A stretch of 64,000 bases of DNA, from assembly GCA_050084515.1 (NCBI GenBank), contig CM114271.1, positions 18,166,001 through 18,230,000 on the forward strand, in the 5' to 3' direction. This DNA is from Blasia pusilla (lineage: Eukaryota). The position numbers were made by a program, and so were the translations under genes. The notes beneath the pieces were generated by a model that did not search any database, was not told the DNA's origin, and saw only the letters and a program-made list of their open reading frames with translations. Below are positions 1-12,999 of the stretch, one piece after another (position 1 is the first letter of the stretch; every line of letters starts with the position of its first letter).

Positions 1-152
1 AATAAAACATTTTCTCATTGCACTAAATTAGATGGCCTTTTGAAGTTGTTGAGTGGAATGGCTCGGTATTTAAAGAATGAAGAGCAGACTGCACAGTTTT
101 TGAACATTGTGTTCAGGTTTTAATTCTAATTTCTCTTCTGTGCTTATTGCAG

Positions 153-1217
153 ACTTGTGTTAGATTCTGAAAAGCTACCTCTGATAATTCCCTTTATACA
201 CACAGGCATGCAAGACATTATGCCTATTGGGCAGAAGCTTCCGGGTATATACAAAAGGGTAAGAACAGAGGATACTAGCTATCACTTGGTCTCAGGGCCT
301 TGCATGAGGTTACTTAGCAGATGGCCAACATTATGGTTTGTCACTGGCAATTCCAAACTGCACATCTAAGAACTTGGACTCAGTCAGGAGTTGGTCTATT
401 GCATGCATTTAAAGGATATAATCCACTGCAATGAAAGACCAAGGTTTTATGGATTTAATCTGGTGTGTAAGTGGACAGGTAGTATTGTCTTAACATTAGT
501 CTTTTTCGACCGCTTCCGCTTTTAGAAGAGAAAAGGTATAGGGCAAATTTTAAACAATGTGCGTATATGCTAACAATAAAATTCCTTCATGGTTCGCCAC
601 AGGTCACTGTGGTAGTTGGAGATCCAATATACATGGATGATCTGGTGAAAAAGCACACCGAGGAGGGTCTGTCTAAGGCCATCTTATATGATGCAATTGC
701 ACTCCGCATTGAGGAGACTATGTGGAGAATGAAGAAAGAACTCGAAGAGCTTGTAGTCCTCAATCAAACCCGGGAGAGTAATGCTGCAGTTGGTGGAGTG
801 CGTAAGATTGGCAAGGTCGGTGGCATCTGGCAGTATGTGGATTGGGACACCCAAGGCATTTTAGCCAATGAGCTTGATTCAAGCGACTCTCCAACTTCTG
901 CTGACAACAAGGAGACGGTTGCTGAAACTTCACTCGGTCTGCAGAGAGTCGATGGATTTTCTAATTTTGATAGTCTGGAAACTCCTGAATCAAACTGTAA
1001 GCACTATCCTGATAATGAGACGGAGCTCTGCTTAACAGACATGTATCATGGTGCTATTAAAAGAATACAAGGCCACATAGACCCATCCATGTGGATGGGT
1101 TTTGCTGCCAGGAGTTTTTTGAAATATGGAACAAAGGTAGAGAATGTCCAGGACTGTCTAGGGGGAAGATATTGGAGAAGAGTAGAGTCAGCTCTAGAAA
1201 GGCTCTTGTACAGTTGA
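153..1217 (+). CDS. TAZ: Tafazzin-family phospholipid/glycerol acyltransferase, last two coding exons (153-258, 603-1217); the 5' part lies outside the window
   Basis: Exon 153-258 follows tgcAG and precedes GTaag. It encodes (R)LVLDSEKLPLIIPFIHTGMQDIMPIG, matching the tafazzin GRLVLD..VPFVHTGMQ.IMPIG motif. It splices in frame to cAG|GTC at 603 (VTVVVGDPI); stop at 1215-1217. Confidence 0.8.
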
Positions 1218-3340
1218 GGGCTTAAAGAGGACCATGGAATCTGATGTGGAGCAATTTTTACGAGGTCGTGTTGAGGCTATAGAGGATAGAGTATTCCCTC
1301 ATTCTACGTCAAGGGAATCGTTCGTCTAAGGGTTTAGAAACCATGTTAGAGTTCCTTGTGCTATGTGATCATACATGCATGAGACCCCTAGGTGCCTTTC
1401 TAGTTGAGCAACCTCAATTGTGAATATAGGGATAGAAATGTAGCTCTGCTGTCTGTCTGCTACTGAGGGTGAGAGTTTTGATGGAGTTAGGATGTGAAGA
1501 TTAAGTTAGATGCGCTTTGAGCACTTGGAATGTTATCATGAGAGTTGCCAATTGTCAAATGGTGTGGGGCTTGTGTGGACTTCTTCATGAAGGATGGTGA
1601 AGTTGCCCTGTTGCTGTATTTCCTCAACATCAGTCCATCCTATTTCTGTTTTGTTTGGGAGGGTCCTGTTTTAACCATAACCAGACCTTTAGCTGGATTC
1701 CCAACTCCCTCATTGTGAAAGAATTTCAGACCGTGATTTGATTGTCTTGACGACATTTGTTATCCCTTGTACGGTTGAAAAAGCAGGTGGAATGTCACCT
1801 CTACAAACAATTTCAGATAAAATGATTTAAAAAATCTGTGTCTTAGACCAGAAAGTCTATTATTACTGGGGTGGCCATGGTAAGGGTTAGTTCCACATGA
1901 TTAGGAGCTTTTTTCGCAGATGAAAAATGCATCGGTTTTCCATTGTCAAACTCATCTTTGGATAGTTTGCACTTTCCACCATGACAAGCATCTTGTTGCA
2001 TGCAAACAAGAGGTAAGCCAAAGATGAGAGTGAATTGTGGTAAGATTTGTGTTATAATCAATTCCTGCTAATGTAACTAGCTAGAATGGGGAATTTATAT
2101 ATTATGTTATCCTGACCCCTCACTATCTAGGTTGTCATGTGCTGCGTGCCAGAAACATCAGTGGTCTCTGCGCTCATGATCCCCACTCCTTCCCAGGGGA
2201 TTGATAGAGCCTTGCAAACTGTTGTTCACATGTCTGAGATCCAAAGACTACTGCCACATGTTAGAGCATTGGTCCTTCCCCGGGTCATGAATCCACATCC
2301 CTTTTCTCACAGGAACTGAATTTGTGAGGTGGCTATATAAGACATGGTTTCGGAACCTCTGATGGTGGACCAAACTTGGTCAAGTTAAGGCAAGCTATAT
2401 GAGACAGAATCTGGTTTACCTTCGATCTTGAATCAAACGTTTTGAGTGTAAGGCAGTCTCATCGTCTGAAAGTCTTCATGACTTAATTGTGTCGAAGTCT
2501 AATGTCCATCGATTTAGGTGAGCTAATGACAACTTGTGTGCAGCCAGTATTTGTGTAGACCTGATGCTCTGAGGTGGAAAGTACTAAAATTCCCCCTCTT
2601 TGTAGTCAGTCGTAAAGTTTAGAGAGTTTTCTGTCGAGATTGGAAAAGCGTAGTCTAAATTTGAACTGTTGATCGTCACAATGCCTGGAAGACTTTTAGC
2701 CTCGTCATGAATTCACGTTGGACGGGCTATTCAAACAAGGAAGCACTTTATAGTTAGAGGGTCAAAAGATGAACTTGCGAAGTCCGAGATAGGTAGACTT
2801 GTACGACACATCAAATGGAAGGATGGAATAGTCCAAAATTTGTTCCTGCAGAGAACTGACACGAGGAAGGAGCTTGCCTCCTATTAAATGGTAAAGATCT
2901 TATGTCTTTTGAAATGTCTAGTGTGGTAATTCAGGGGGTACTATAGAAGACCAAAACTGATGTTGGGACGTTTTTCAGGTCTAGTTAGAGTGAAGATCAT
3001 TACTTTGGATTCAAGAGGGCTTCTTAAAAATACTCCTGTTCCTCTTTGTTTCTTTTCGTGTTCATATAACCTACCCACTAACAATTTCTTCCTATAGTAA
3101 CTTTAACATCACTACTGAATCTCTTCCCTTCTCAAAGGGCCATTACTCTTGTTGTGAGACTGTAAGTCAAAATTCTGGGAGTTCAAGAAAGATATGGTTT
3201 AGAACAAGTTTAGACAAATTGTGTAAGAAGCACCCTCAGCTATTCTGGTCTCCATGTTGAGGACCCACAAGATTCCATATACGAGCGTACGATAACGTGC
3301 AACATGGTGCTGTTGCAGATGTACTTGTTCTACAGCCTGC

Positions 3341-3473
3341 GAAAACCGGTTGGAATTCGAGTAGGTCCTTTGTATTTCGTATCTCAAAACTGGTTCAAAA
3401 ATTGGAATTACAGCTTCCGATTAAATGTTCCCGCTGATGGACCAGGTCCCGCGAAATAACTCCCCAAACCCTG
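3341..3473 (+). repeat. Dispersed MITE-like repeat family, copy 1
   Basis: gaaaaccgg..gaattcgagtaggtcctt..tatctcaaaa..ggttcaaaa..ggaattac..ttccgatt..gatggacc..aactcccc is shared with 43035-43168. Confidence 0.7.
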
Positions 3474-5004
3474 GTAGATACAGGACGTCTGGATGAGGTC
3501 ATCCAACTGGCTGGGTTTTCGAATGAAATCGACACAATATTGATGTTTTGACCATCTTGCTCCTCCAAGTTAGCAAAGCTTTGGATGGTAAACTTGATTC
3601 CATTTGAAGTACTTACATCTTAAGCATTTCAGGAAAAAAATATGGAAACCATCGGCAAACGAACTTGCAAATGAATAATTTCAAATGTATGCTAGTTCAT
3701 GATCAAAATATAAAAATCAAAATATAAAAATCAACCATATCCATGTTAGAAATTGTACAAAATCATACCATGGAGTTTTGAACTACCCACAAACAAGGTG
3801 TTTCCTAAGCAAGTGTTAGTGTCAATCCTTTGGTAGCTCACTTCCTAAAGCCAACCAAAAGTAGTGTTGTTGAGTTATCAAGGACAATGGCTTGCATCAT
3901 GTGTAGTTCATAAACCTCTGAACTCTTATCCAGGATGTTCCCACAATCTCCAAATACGAAGTTCCCATGAATCTCCCTCGTAGAAAAAGCCATAAAAACC
4001 ACATTCACTCATTGAAAATTGAAAAGTGTCCAGTATCCGGCACCTTTCATAGGGGATCACGTGTACAAGAAAGGTGGGAAATGGAATACGCGTGAATAGA
4101 TAGGTTTAGCGAAGAGAACAAAAACAACATTTGCTTGTAGAGGCCGTAATCATAACCTACCCATAAAACACAAGTGGATGGAGATCCAGTTTGGGTCCTA
4201 ATGTGGTCACCTGGGTGCACTTGTGCGAGCCTGAAGAAATCGCTTCTTCATTCCCCTTCTCGAAATATACTAAGAATCCAAGATGGATCGCTACAAGAAA
4301 GCAACAATCTGCATGAGGTTCAAGAGTGATACACGAATATTCGTGGAAATATTAAACAATCCAATGCAAGCTAGATGAACGACTGCACAGAAAATAATCG
4401 AGTGAGATAGAGGAGAACTGAAGACCATCAGCGGCAGCACACTACATAGACTCTACTACATCACCCAAAGAACATAGAAAATCACATGAAGAAGAAACGA
4501 CCCCCACCGATGGAAGAATCTGTCCGAACTTGCCACGCACAAGAGTTGAATTGCTGTCACCATGGAGTCACTAGGAGACAAGGCTCAAGGGACTGGAAAA
4601 ACGATTGCCAACTGTGCAGACGCCGGGAGATCCCTGACACTACAAATCTCGCCAGATGCAAGGGACTGGACTATTCAAATTATATAGGGCACTGAAAGTG
4701 GGAAAAACCCTCTGGTCAGTCTTAAGGCAGAATACACAGGAGGCAAATGTGTCAATAGCCACTTTTGCAGTACTTAACTGCTGCATAACCAGAACAGGTA
4801 TCTTAGTACGTAGCTTCCTTGGGTGCGGAATATATCTACTTCGTGGCATGTTGACAACTACTTTTTAAGATACCCTTGAAGGAAGAAACAAATTTTTTAC
4901 ATCCCAACTAATCCAGCTGGGAGGGATTCCCTACTGAGCCACGAACTATATTTTCTTTTGACTGTGCAATTATGATGAGAATTGACCGAGGGGTCGGGGC
5001 AGTA

Positions 5005-7384
5005 CTATGAAATTGTACATTTATCACCTGTATCATTGGATGTGCCACCATGATCCCTCTCTACATGATTAACTAAAGATATTGCATCGTTGAAGCCCCT
5101 CCCACATTTTGGACACACGTCCAACTGTTCTTGAGAACCTCCCACTCTCCACTGCCCTGTGGAGTGCACGTTCTCTGCATGTTGAATAAGCTCAACCACT
5201 GTTCTAAAACGGCCTCCACATTGAGGGCACAATTCTCTGGCACCAGAGTTGTCACCACCAACTTGTAACCTTGACGAAGTTTGTCCAGTAGGATTTTCCC
5301 ATCGTTGAGTGCTACTCTTGACTGTAGTCAGTATGCTGTTAGTCGTAGAACCCAGCTTGGTTATACCTTTCCCAATTGTTGTTGCAGCAGTCTGGGAGGC
5401 AGAACGGACAGTGGATACACCTGTAGTGCCATTCTTGGCTCCTCCAGAAGCGCCCAGTGAAGCTTTTTCCCTAAAGCTTTTAAAAAACTGACTACCAAAC
5501 ATAGATGTATTCTTGCTCGCATCAGCTTTTCTAAATTCTTGACAACCGTGATCCGAACCAAACCGGTGCTTCAAACATATTTCCCGTCCACAGTCTTTGC
5601 ATCTCACTTTGTTGGAGAAAGTAAGAAGCTCTTTGCAGCCAAGAACAGGACATCTTGGCTTCTTGGTGGCTTTCGTATAATTACTAGGATCGCAATTTGA
5701 CTGGACATGCCTTTCCCAAGTCAGGTTGGGATCCTCTGAAGGTATCAAACGAACAGCTTTTGCACACATTGGACACACCAAAACAGTGACGTCTTGTGAA
5801 TTAGCTTTGGGACATTGGTGATTTCCGTATGTCCTGTGCTCCAGACAGAAGACCTGCACCACACTCCCACGAAATGTTAAAAACGGTGTCCTTATCCTTA
5901 ATGAGTGACTAATTACCAACCAAAGGTGACCAACCAAAGTCATCAACTCCTCACCAACTATGCATTCAAACATGCAAACTTGGGAGGAAGAGTAACTCAT
6001 CTGCATTGCCAAGCTACCATTAACTATACTACAATAGAACCATGACTTACCACCTGACCGATGTTCAGAGAAAACTGCATATAGAAATTCTCTAAGTTAT
6101 TAACGTAGGAGCTGAATGCCCATGTAGTATCTTCGACATCTCATGAAAATAGTGTAGCAGGGCACTTGAGTATTCAGTGAGATAAGACAAGGTGATGGAT
6201 GGGAGGTAACTCTTAGTTTGGACAAACTTACAGTAACACAATGGGTACCAGTAATATCCTGTGACATCTAGACGTGTTGATCTAGGCAACGACAATCTGA
6301 CCATTGTAAACACAACTATTTGGAACTAAAAATTAGACCATTTAATTGAAATATGAGCTATGATTTTCAACTCATCGCATTGCCTTGGATCCCTCGTTGA
6401 GCGACTTTTAGGTGATTTGGGCCTCTCCTTAATAACATCCTACAATCAAGAGTGAACATAATGGAGAAACAAAGTGATTCCTGCTGTATCTCCTTCGGCT
6501 CAGCAGTCAGTGTTGAGGGTGGTGCTTGGGCAAGAATCACAGATAGATTTTTACCAGATGTCATCGGGTAGAAGTCTATCCTGCTATTGAGTATACTGGT
6601 AGAGTATCCTGCTACAGACCTACAAAAAAAATGGGGATTGTTCACGAGTGGTAGATCCAGCTTGCTACATTCAAATGCAGATCTAATCTGCATAGTTGGA
6701 GGCGGCTAACACCATTTTCTCTCGGTTGACATCAAAAGTTTCCCATTGGTCACGCTAGCAATCCGTATGCTAGTGAAATGAAGAAAGCGGAAAGATTCAC
6801 GAGCTCTTGTGGAATTGACATTTGTGTCAGAAGAGTAAATCTGCGACCAGGTTGGAATTTGGTGTTTTTCATGGAGGGAAACTGTTATACGAATTAAACG
6901 GAAAAATCGCAAATCAATAGAACTGGTTTGTAGCTTTTCATCTCGCAGAAACAAACGCAACGCTTTGTCTCAGGAAATTGCAAGTTGTACTCGGTTTCGG
7001 GAAAGCCCTTGAAAGGAAATCTACTATTATGCAGGAGCACACAGCGAGTTTCTTTCATAATCACCATTCCCTACATTCCGGAACTTACAGATGCATCGCC
7101 TGGGGCACAAAGAGGATTCTTCCGAAGTGTGCGAGTTTTGTCTATCCTATCTCAAAGAGGAATAGGAGAGGGGAATTGAGTAAACCCCGAGCAACTGATT
7201 AATTATAATATATCACACGACAGTCTAAAAGAATCGTGAAAGCATGGGGAACGCCTCAGGACATCACAAGAGACAGTGTACACACCTGTTGGCACGCATC
7301 ACAACTGAAAGGCAGAAAGTCGACCAGACTACATTCTCGCACTGAGCAGTGCTGGCCAAGATTTGGAAACTCAGGCGTTCCCAT
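5005..7384 (-). CDS. AN1-AN1-C2H2-C2H2 zinc-finger stress-associated protein (SAP11/SAP13-like); exons 7384-7286 and 5853-5005
   Basis: Exon 1 MGTPEFPNLGQHCSVRECSLVDFLPFSCDACQQ|GT joins AG|VFCLEHRTYGNHQCP (AN1 finger 1). AN1 finger 2 is CPVLGCKELLTFSNKVRCKDCGREICLKHRFGSDHGC. Two C2H2 fingers follow: CPQCGGRF..LIQHAENVH and CPKCGRGF..LVNHVERDH. Confidence 0.92.
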
Positions 7385-8815
7385 CTTCAGTCAGAAATAA
7401 TCCTGCTGCTGATCCTGAAATTTGGATGCCTCGGTGGAAGATAAAATGAAAATGATTTGCCGAATCCGACAAGAAAAGAATCACCAAGAACTAGATCCGC
7501 GCAACCTTCCAGACAAGCATGTTCCGAACAGATAATTGATGGAATTCCGATTGGTGCCAATAGTTCATTGTCACTCGAGGAGTCGTCACGCTCGTATTTT
7601 CCGAGGGACACAGAGTACAGCAGGTAGCGTTGCTAGATCTGAATGCAGGCACTTCGAAAATCTTCAGGTCTAAGCTCCAAACTTCATATCGCTTCGCACT
7701 GACGGCACTTTTCTACCTGTTTCTCACTAAAGCGTAGGAGAGAGAGCGACAAGACGACGCAGCACAGAAACTCCGAGAACTTCTCCGATTCTCCACTTCA
7801 ATCCCCATATTCACCGCCAAAAGTGCACTCCGGCAGCAGACGAAGCAGTTCACGGCAGCCAGAAAACCACCATCGAACAAAAATCCTCTCCCCTGGACAA
7901 CATTACATCGAATTCGCCCCACCGCTCCCTCCCTCCCGAGAGAGCGAGAGCGAGAGGCGCTCCGGGCCTGACCGAGCTCTCTCTCCGGGTACATGGAAAC
8001 AATGACGCCCCTGTCATAACGCTGCCAATCTTCGCGGCGCACGTTCGGACTCGCCCGGGCCGCCAGCCAGCGACGAGCGAGCGAGGTTCGGAAGCTGCAG
8101 TGGTTGGTGACAGACCAAAGACCAACCGGAGCAGCCCGACGCTCTTCCCTGGGCCCGAACTCATAGGAGACAGGACTAAGGACCCCCGTGAGTCCTTAGT
8201 CCGCAAGGTTGCCTTCTTCCGCAGAATCCACAGACGTTCGCAACTTCGCCGTCCGGGGCTGGGTTGGTCGGTCCCACCGCACACGGGAACCTGAGAGGGT
8301 CCTACCTTCCTAAGTTCCTAGGGGCTCAGAGCTGCCCTACGGACAACGACCGTAAGCCAAAACGGGGTACCCCGTTGGGATTACCATCATCGTCCTCTTC
8401 CTTACGATATTTGTAGTTTTAAATCTATTTTTATTTTATAATATCAAATAAAAATCACGGGTGTGGTTTTGAGTTTCCGTTCACGGCAGTTTAGACTCGG
8501 GATTTATGACGATTCGAATAAATAAATATCTAACTATAAAATCTATATTATGATGGGATAGTGTCTTCTTGATTTGCAAACACTTTTATATTTGACACGT
8601 GGTAACTGGGCATCAAAATATTGTTTCACATGGCACGGGCAATAAGAAAAAAAATTGAATTTGTGTGGAACATCATTAATCACTTTCTTTCACTGCCTAT
8701 ACACTAAATAAACCTTTTAAAAATAAATAAATTTCGTGCATCGCATGGACACCTTACTAGTCTCTCTTTGATATCGATACATGTCGATAATCATACTCCT
8801 AGAACTTGTGACATT

Positions 8816-10271
8816 TGTTACAAACCCTATCGGACCAACATGTTGAGATGAGTATGAGAGTGAAATCCCATCCCTTCCCATATCAACAAAATGCCACACA
8901 ATTATTTTTAGTGGAGACTTGATCAACCATCCTAGGCTTATCCCATTGTTGGCTCTAGTGAACACTCCCACACACTCTTTTGAAGTCCAAGAGATATCAG
9001 CATATTTGCACGGCTTGGTATTAGGCCTAGTGGTGTGGAAGACACATATGCTGATCTGCATATGGGCTCACATGAGCACATAACACTAGGATACTCTCAA
9101 CTTATGACATCTTACTTACTACGACATATGCTCTCACTATAGAGCTATAAAGTGATTTGGTTGAATCAACTCTTGGTCTCATCATATAATATGACATGCT
9201 TGAACCTCTAAGTGTTGTTTGAATGTGGAATTGGCACCTTTCCAACTCAAAAATCAAGAGTCCCTACCCTAAACCTCTCACTAAACCTTCAACCAAGCAT
9301 CATGGGTTATTCGTTTGAGTGTAACAACACATGCTATAGCTAAAACACCACGCCAAAGGGCCCCTTAAAAAACACCCTTTGTGTTATCCAAAAAAGAAAC
9401 ATCAAGAGTCTCCAACACTAACTCAATATCTAATGTGGTTGGAAACTCCACCACTTTGGCACTTACTACTTGCCAAGCAACACTCGAATGTTCCAATGTC
9501 GAAAATTCCTCTACGATCTCTCCACTAGGAGGTACTACTATGTCTCCAAAAACTATTTGCAAAAATACCATGACTCTAAGATTGGTGGAGGCCAACCAAA
9601 ACACCTTTGCATATGGCCATACCTAATGTTTTCATATCCATAAAACAAAATAAGGATGTTCCGCACTTCATTTTTTCCGCCTCCTACAATGTAGTCAACT
9701 AAAGTTCATCATGAGCTCTTGGAGGCTCCATTAGTGCTCTTAAAAATCCAATTAGCGTGCTCGCCACTCCACTTGATGCACTTAGCATTCCACTTGGTAT
9801 CAAAGTTGCACAACAACGGGATCATCATGACCTCCAACAACATGAACAATGTGGTGACCCGATGAACCTACTAGCCTTTCCTCTTTGGGGATTCGAACTC
9901 TACATCAATATCTTGTGGCTCAAATGCTCTACCTGCCCCATGAGTCACGATGGATCTTGCATCCAACTACACAACAACGCATAACAAATCCAACCCTACA
10001 TTTGCAAGTCATGCATTTGTATTATAGGTCTCCAATGCATCACTTCCAACTCCTTCATTTGTTGGATGATGTGCCATGGTAAGCACATCCCTCTATTATT
10101 CCATCCATTGCATCCAAATCCTCATGTTACCATTCAGTACAACAATGCCATCATCTCAATGGATGGTTGGCCCTCTGAACCATGTGTCGTGCGAATCCAC
10201 ATCGTCATACAACATACATCGTTGACATACCATACTCACATACATACATAACATAGACGAGAGCATCCACA
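8816..10271 (-). mobile_element. Highly degenerate LTR-retroelement-derived sequence abutting the truncated RT
   Basis: Starts with TGTGGATG at the RT break point. It shares short blocks (acgatgtggatt, agagggccaac) with the LTR-like region at 39.8-40.0 kb. No intact ORF; the left boundary is uncertain. Confidence 0.35.
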
Positions 10272-10789
10272 ACTTCAAAGGGTCCAATGTGCTACTCTGA
10301 ATCAGGTCCCTCTCCATATCACTATATCGGTAGGGACGACGGAAGATTAGCGTATCACTAGCCAAATCAATCCGTATACCGGGTCGAACCAGAGCACCCA
10401 ACTCCTTCATGCTAAAGGCAAAACAACTCCTATAAGCACGTAGGAACTGTGTCAAGCGTCGTTTCTCACCTCCTGTGAGCTTGGGCCCAAGTAATGGCTC
10501 CCAAGTCTCCTCCACTGGCACACTAGAGGGAGAGGACGATGCCATTGGCTGCTACGCAACCCCCTCACAAGATGGTACACCCTTAGCTACACCATCATCT
10601 GAGCAAATAACTCCTCCACCAACATGAGCAACCAATTCCACATGCCCAACAATTACATCCCATTTACTCCAAGGATGCAAAATACTACTCTCCTCGCCCC
10701 CAGCCGATGCCTCTACCGTCTCGGTAGCCATCGAGCTCATTACAAGGGGTGGAAGACCCACAGACATAGTCCGAAGTCGACGCTGCTCG

Positions 10790-11745
10790 GCCATACCAAG
10801 ACTCAAAATCCAAGTCAAACAATTCAGGTCCATGGCTTGACCCAACACATGACGTCGTGAAGCCTCGAAATGGAAGCAACATTTGTCATACCAAAGAGAA
10901 AATCCCATCACGCTCTCTCATCAGCGTTAGGCTCCACCAACTATCGCACATGAGAATCCCATAGAAGCCCGGGACCACCTTCCCTGTATGCATGTGACAA
11001 GGGAAAACTCACAAATGTAGGTGTTGCCATCCTAGGCTGGCCCACACGGTTCACCACTACCATGGGTGACCGATCAATAACCCTCACCACCTGAGAAAGT
11101 CGCCCAGTATCCAAGATACTATCCACTGTAAGGCAAGGATCTGCAGACCTTTGCATCATATGCTCGACGTAGAACCTCCCTAGGCAACAAGTTTGTCCAC
11201 CACAAGCGTGGGCGATGTGCACGCTGAGCCAACTCGTTGCATCCAACAACACCGCTGGTCCAATCCAAGACCGCACCTCATGAACACTCGCCATCATCGG
11301 GGTCCGAGTGTCACCCAACAATGGAATATTCTCCAGAATGTAAGCTAGAGCACGTGCTTGATGAACGTGAAGATGTCGTAACACCCGTAACATCTCCCAA
11401 AACAATCAAGACCTAGGGTCGTGTAATCCCTCACCACGACCAGCACGTGTATGACCCTGACATGGCTATCCAGAAATCACCAAATCCACAGGACCAACCC
11501 TCTCAAGGTCTTGCGCCCCCAACAATGCAATGTGTGACGGCAAAACACGCTGGTACCCACGAATAGCTGATGGCGGCAACAACTCAGGATATCTCCGCAT
11601 CAACTGACCAATATGTCGGGATGAGACTCTCTGGGCCGTCTCATCTCGCTCCACATGCACGTATCTCCGCATAGGAATACCGGCCTGCAACACTACAGCC
11701 AAACCAGTGCTAATCCCACCAAAGAGATCTAACACACAAATGCCC
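10790..11745 (-). pseudogene. DNMT3-like C5 DNA cytosine methyltransferase domain embedded in the retrotransposon pol (disrupted)
   Basis: Motif I VLDLFGGISTGL; motif II YVHVERD; motif IV VDLVISG*PCQG; motif VI YILENIP. After a frameshift, motif VIII reads AHRPRLWWTNL (compare DNMT3 AHRARYFWGNL). Motif IX EPNADERERVMGF and motif X SRRHVLGQAMDLNCL follow. Stops at 11466-68, 11406-08 and 10941-43. Confidence 0.88.
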
Positions 11746-12040
11746 TCCGCCGGATACTGCCATACAATGGGTGTAGTATCCAAAGGGGATAACCCAACTG
11801 GACCAGAAGTAGGAGTCCGCCGTGGGGCCTCCTCTTCCTCGTGAGGTATAACAGCCTCACACCAGGCCTCCTGCACTAGGCGATCAGCCTCCTGCCGTAG
11901 TGCATCGCATGAACTCCAAATTGGCACATCCAACGATGAGGATGCCACTGCTGCAAAAATAGGGACCTCCTCTACCTCCTCATGCGGAGGAGAATCCATA
12001 GCAAAAACATTACCCTCCAAAAAGTCTCCTGGCCAAGTGA

Positions 12041-12859
12041 CTACTCCACTAAAACCAACCACAGATGCTGACACTGTGGGGAAGACCCTCCTGGTCGAGC
12101 CCCATAAATAAATCTCATAGGAACTTGGCTCATACGTCCATCCCCGGACTGCCAACCAGGTCTATAAGACGCTCTCTCAGTCCAGTAATCCATCTGAAAA
12201 CCCATCGGGTACAATATTGCTCCTCCAACTAGTACATCATACGACTCGGCTGATGTGACTACCGCAGATACTCCCAACCGGGAGCTATCAGTCGCATGAT
12301 CTGGTCTCACCTGTACAGAAAACATCTCCCGTGTCATGAATTGAGACCTATCATTGGCTCCTCCAAGTGATGTTTGAATCTGGAATGGGCAAGGCTCAAG
12401 ATCTGACCTCCGAATACCCAAACCAGTGCATGCCGCCTTTCCCAACATCAAAGGTTGGGCACCAGAGTCTAACAAGACTCTATCTGGTCTATACACCTGT
12501 CTTGTAGGACTCACCAATCGGAATATCCCAATCCGGTTGTCCAACATACATACACCAGGTGTAAGCCTCTCACGATCAATGGCTGGCCGGGCTAGTAATG
12601 CATCCATCTTCGCCGCTGCTGCCTGCCAAGTAGCACTGGTACTCAATCCTACACCTGACATAGAGGGTCGCTCCACCGCAACACCCTCATCCACCTTAGC
12701 ACGTGTAGCAGTAACATCCCCACGTTCACACAACGTGGATGCTAGCTGAAATACAGGAGCTAAGTCAACTCCTAAAGCCATCAGCTCCGTGGCCGAAAAC
12801 AATGGGGATCCCAACACTGAAGTTTCCATCCGCAATCTTTTGCCTTTGGATCGATGCAT
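12041..12859 (-). pseudogene. Retropepsin-like aspartic protease region of the Gypsy pol
   Basis: VLLDSGAQPLMLGK active-site motif and a downstream YDVLVGGAIL (ILG-type) motif. Confidence 0.8.
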
Positions 12860-12999
12860 CCGTGTCTACTACACGCCATGTAGATGCCTCAGTCCCCACT
12901 TTCGGCTCAATAGGCTGCGTAGGAACCATGGATGGAGTCCTAAGCACCTCAGACAACAAGAATGACTGGAGAAGCCTAGCTGCGCCTCCCGGCCTCACC

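Noticed and set aside
5854-6012. N-terminal extension of ORF 5005..6012
   Set aside because: It is intron sequence. The AN1 domain is completed by the exon at 7384-7286.
7713-8294. Overlapping ORFs upstream of the SAP gene
   Set aside because: This is a GC-rich promoter/5' UTR region with no recognisable protein motifs.
8816-9109. 3' LTR of the DNMT-bearing element
   Set aside because: It has TG...CA-like ends but no visible similarity to the 5' LTR at 16198-16544, and no TSD.
10790-11745. Host DRM/DNMT3 gene or bacterial restriction-modification methylase contamination
   Set aside because: It is intronless, collinear with the retroelement protease and RT, and decayed like the rest of the element. 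The motif order is not DRM-permuted, and the flanking genes are spliced plant genes.
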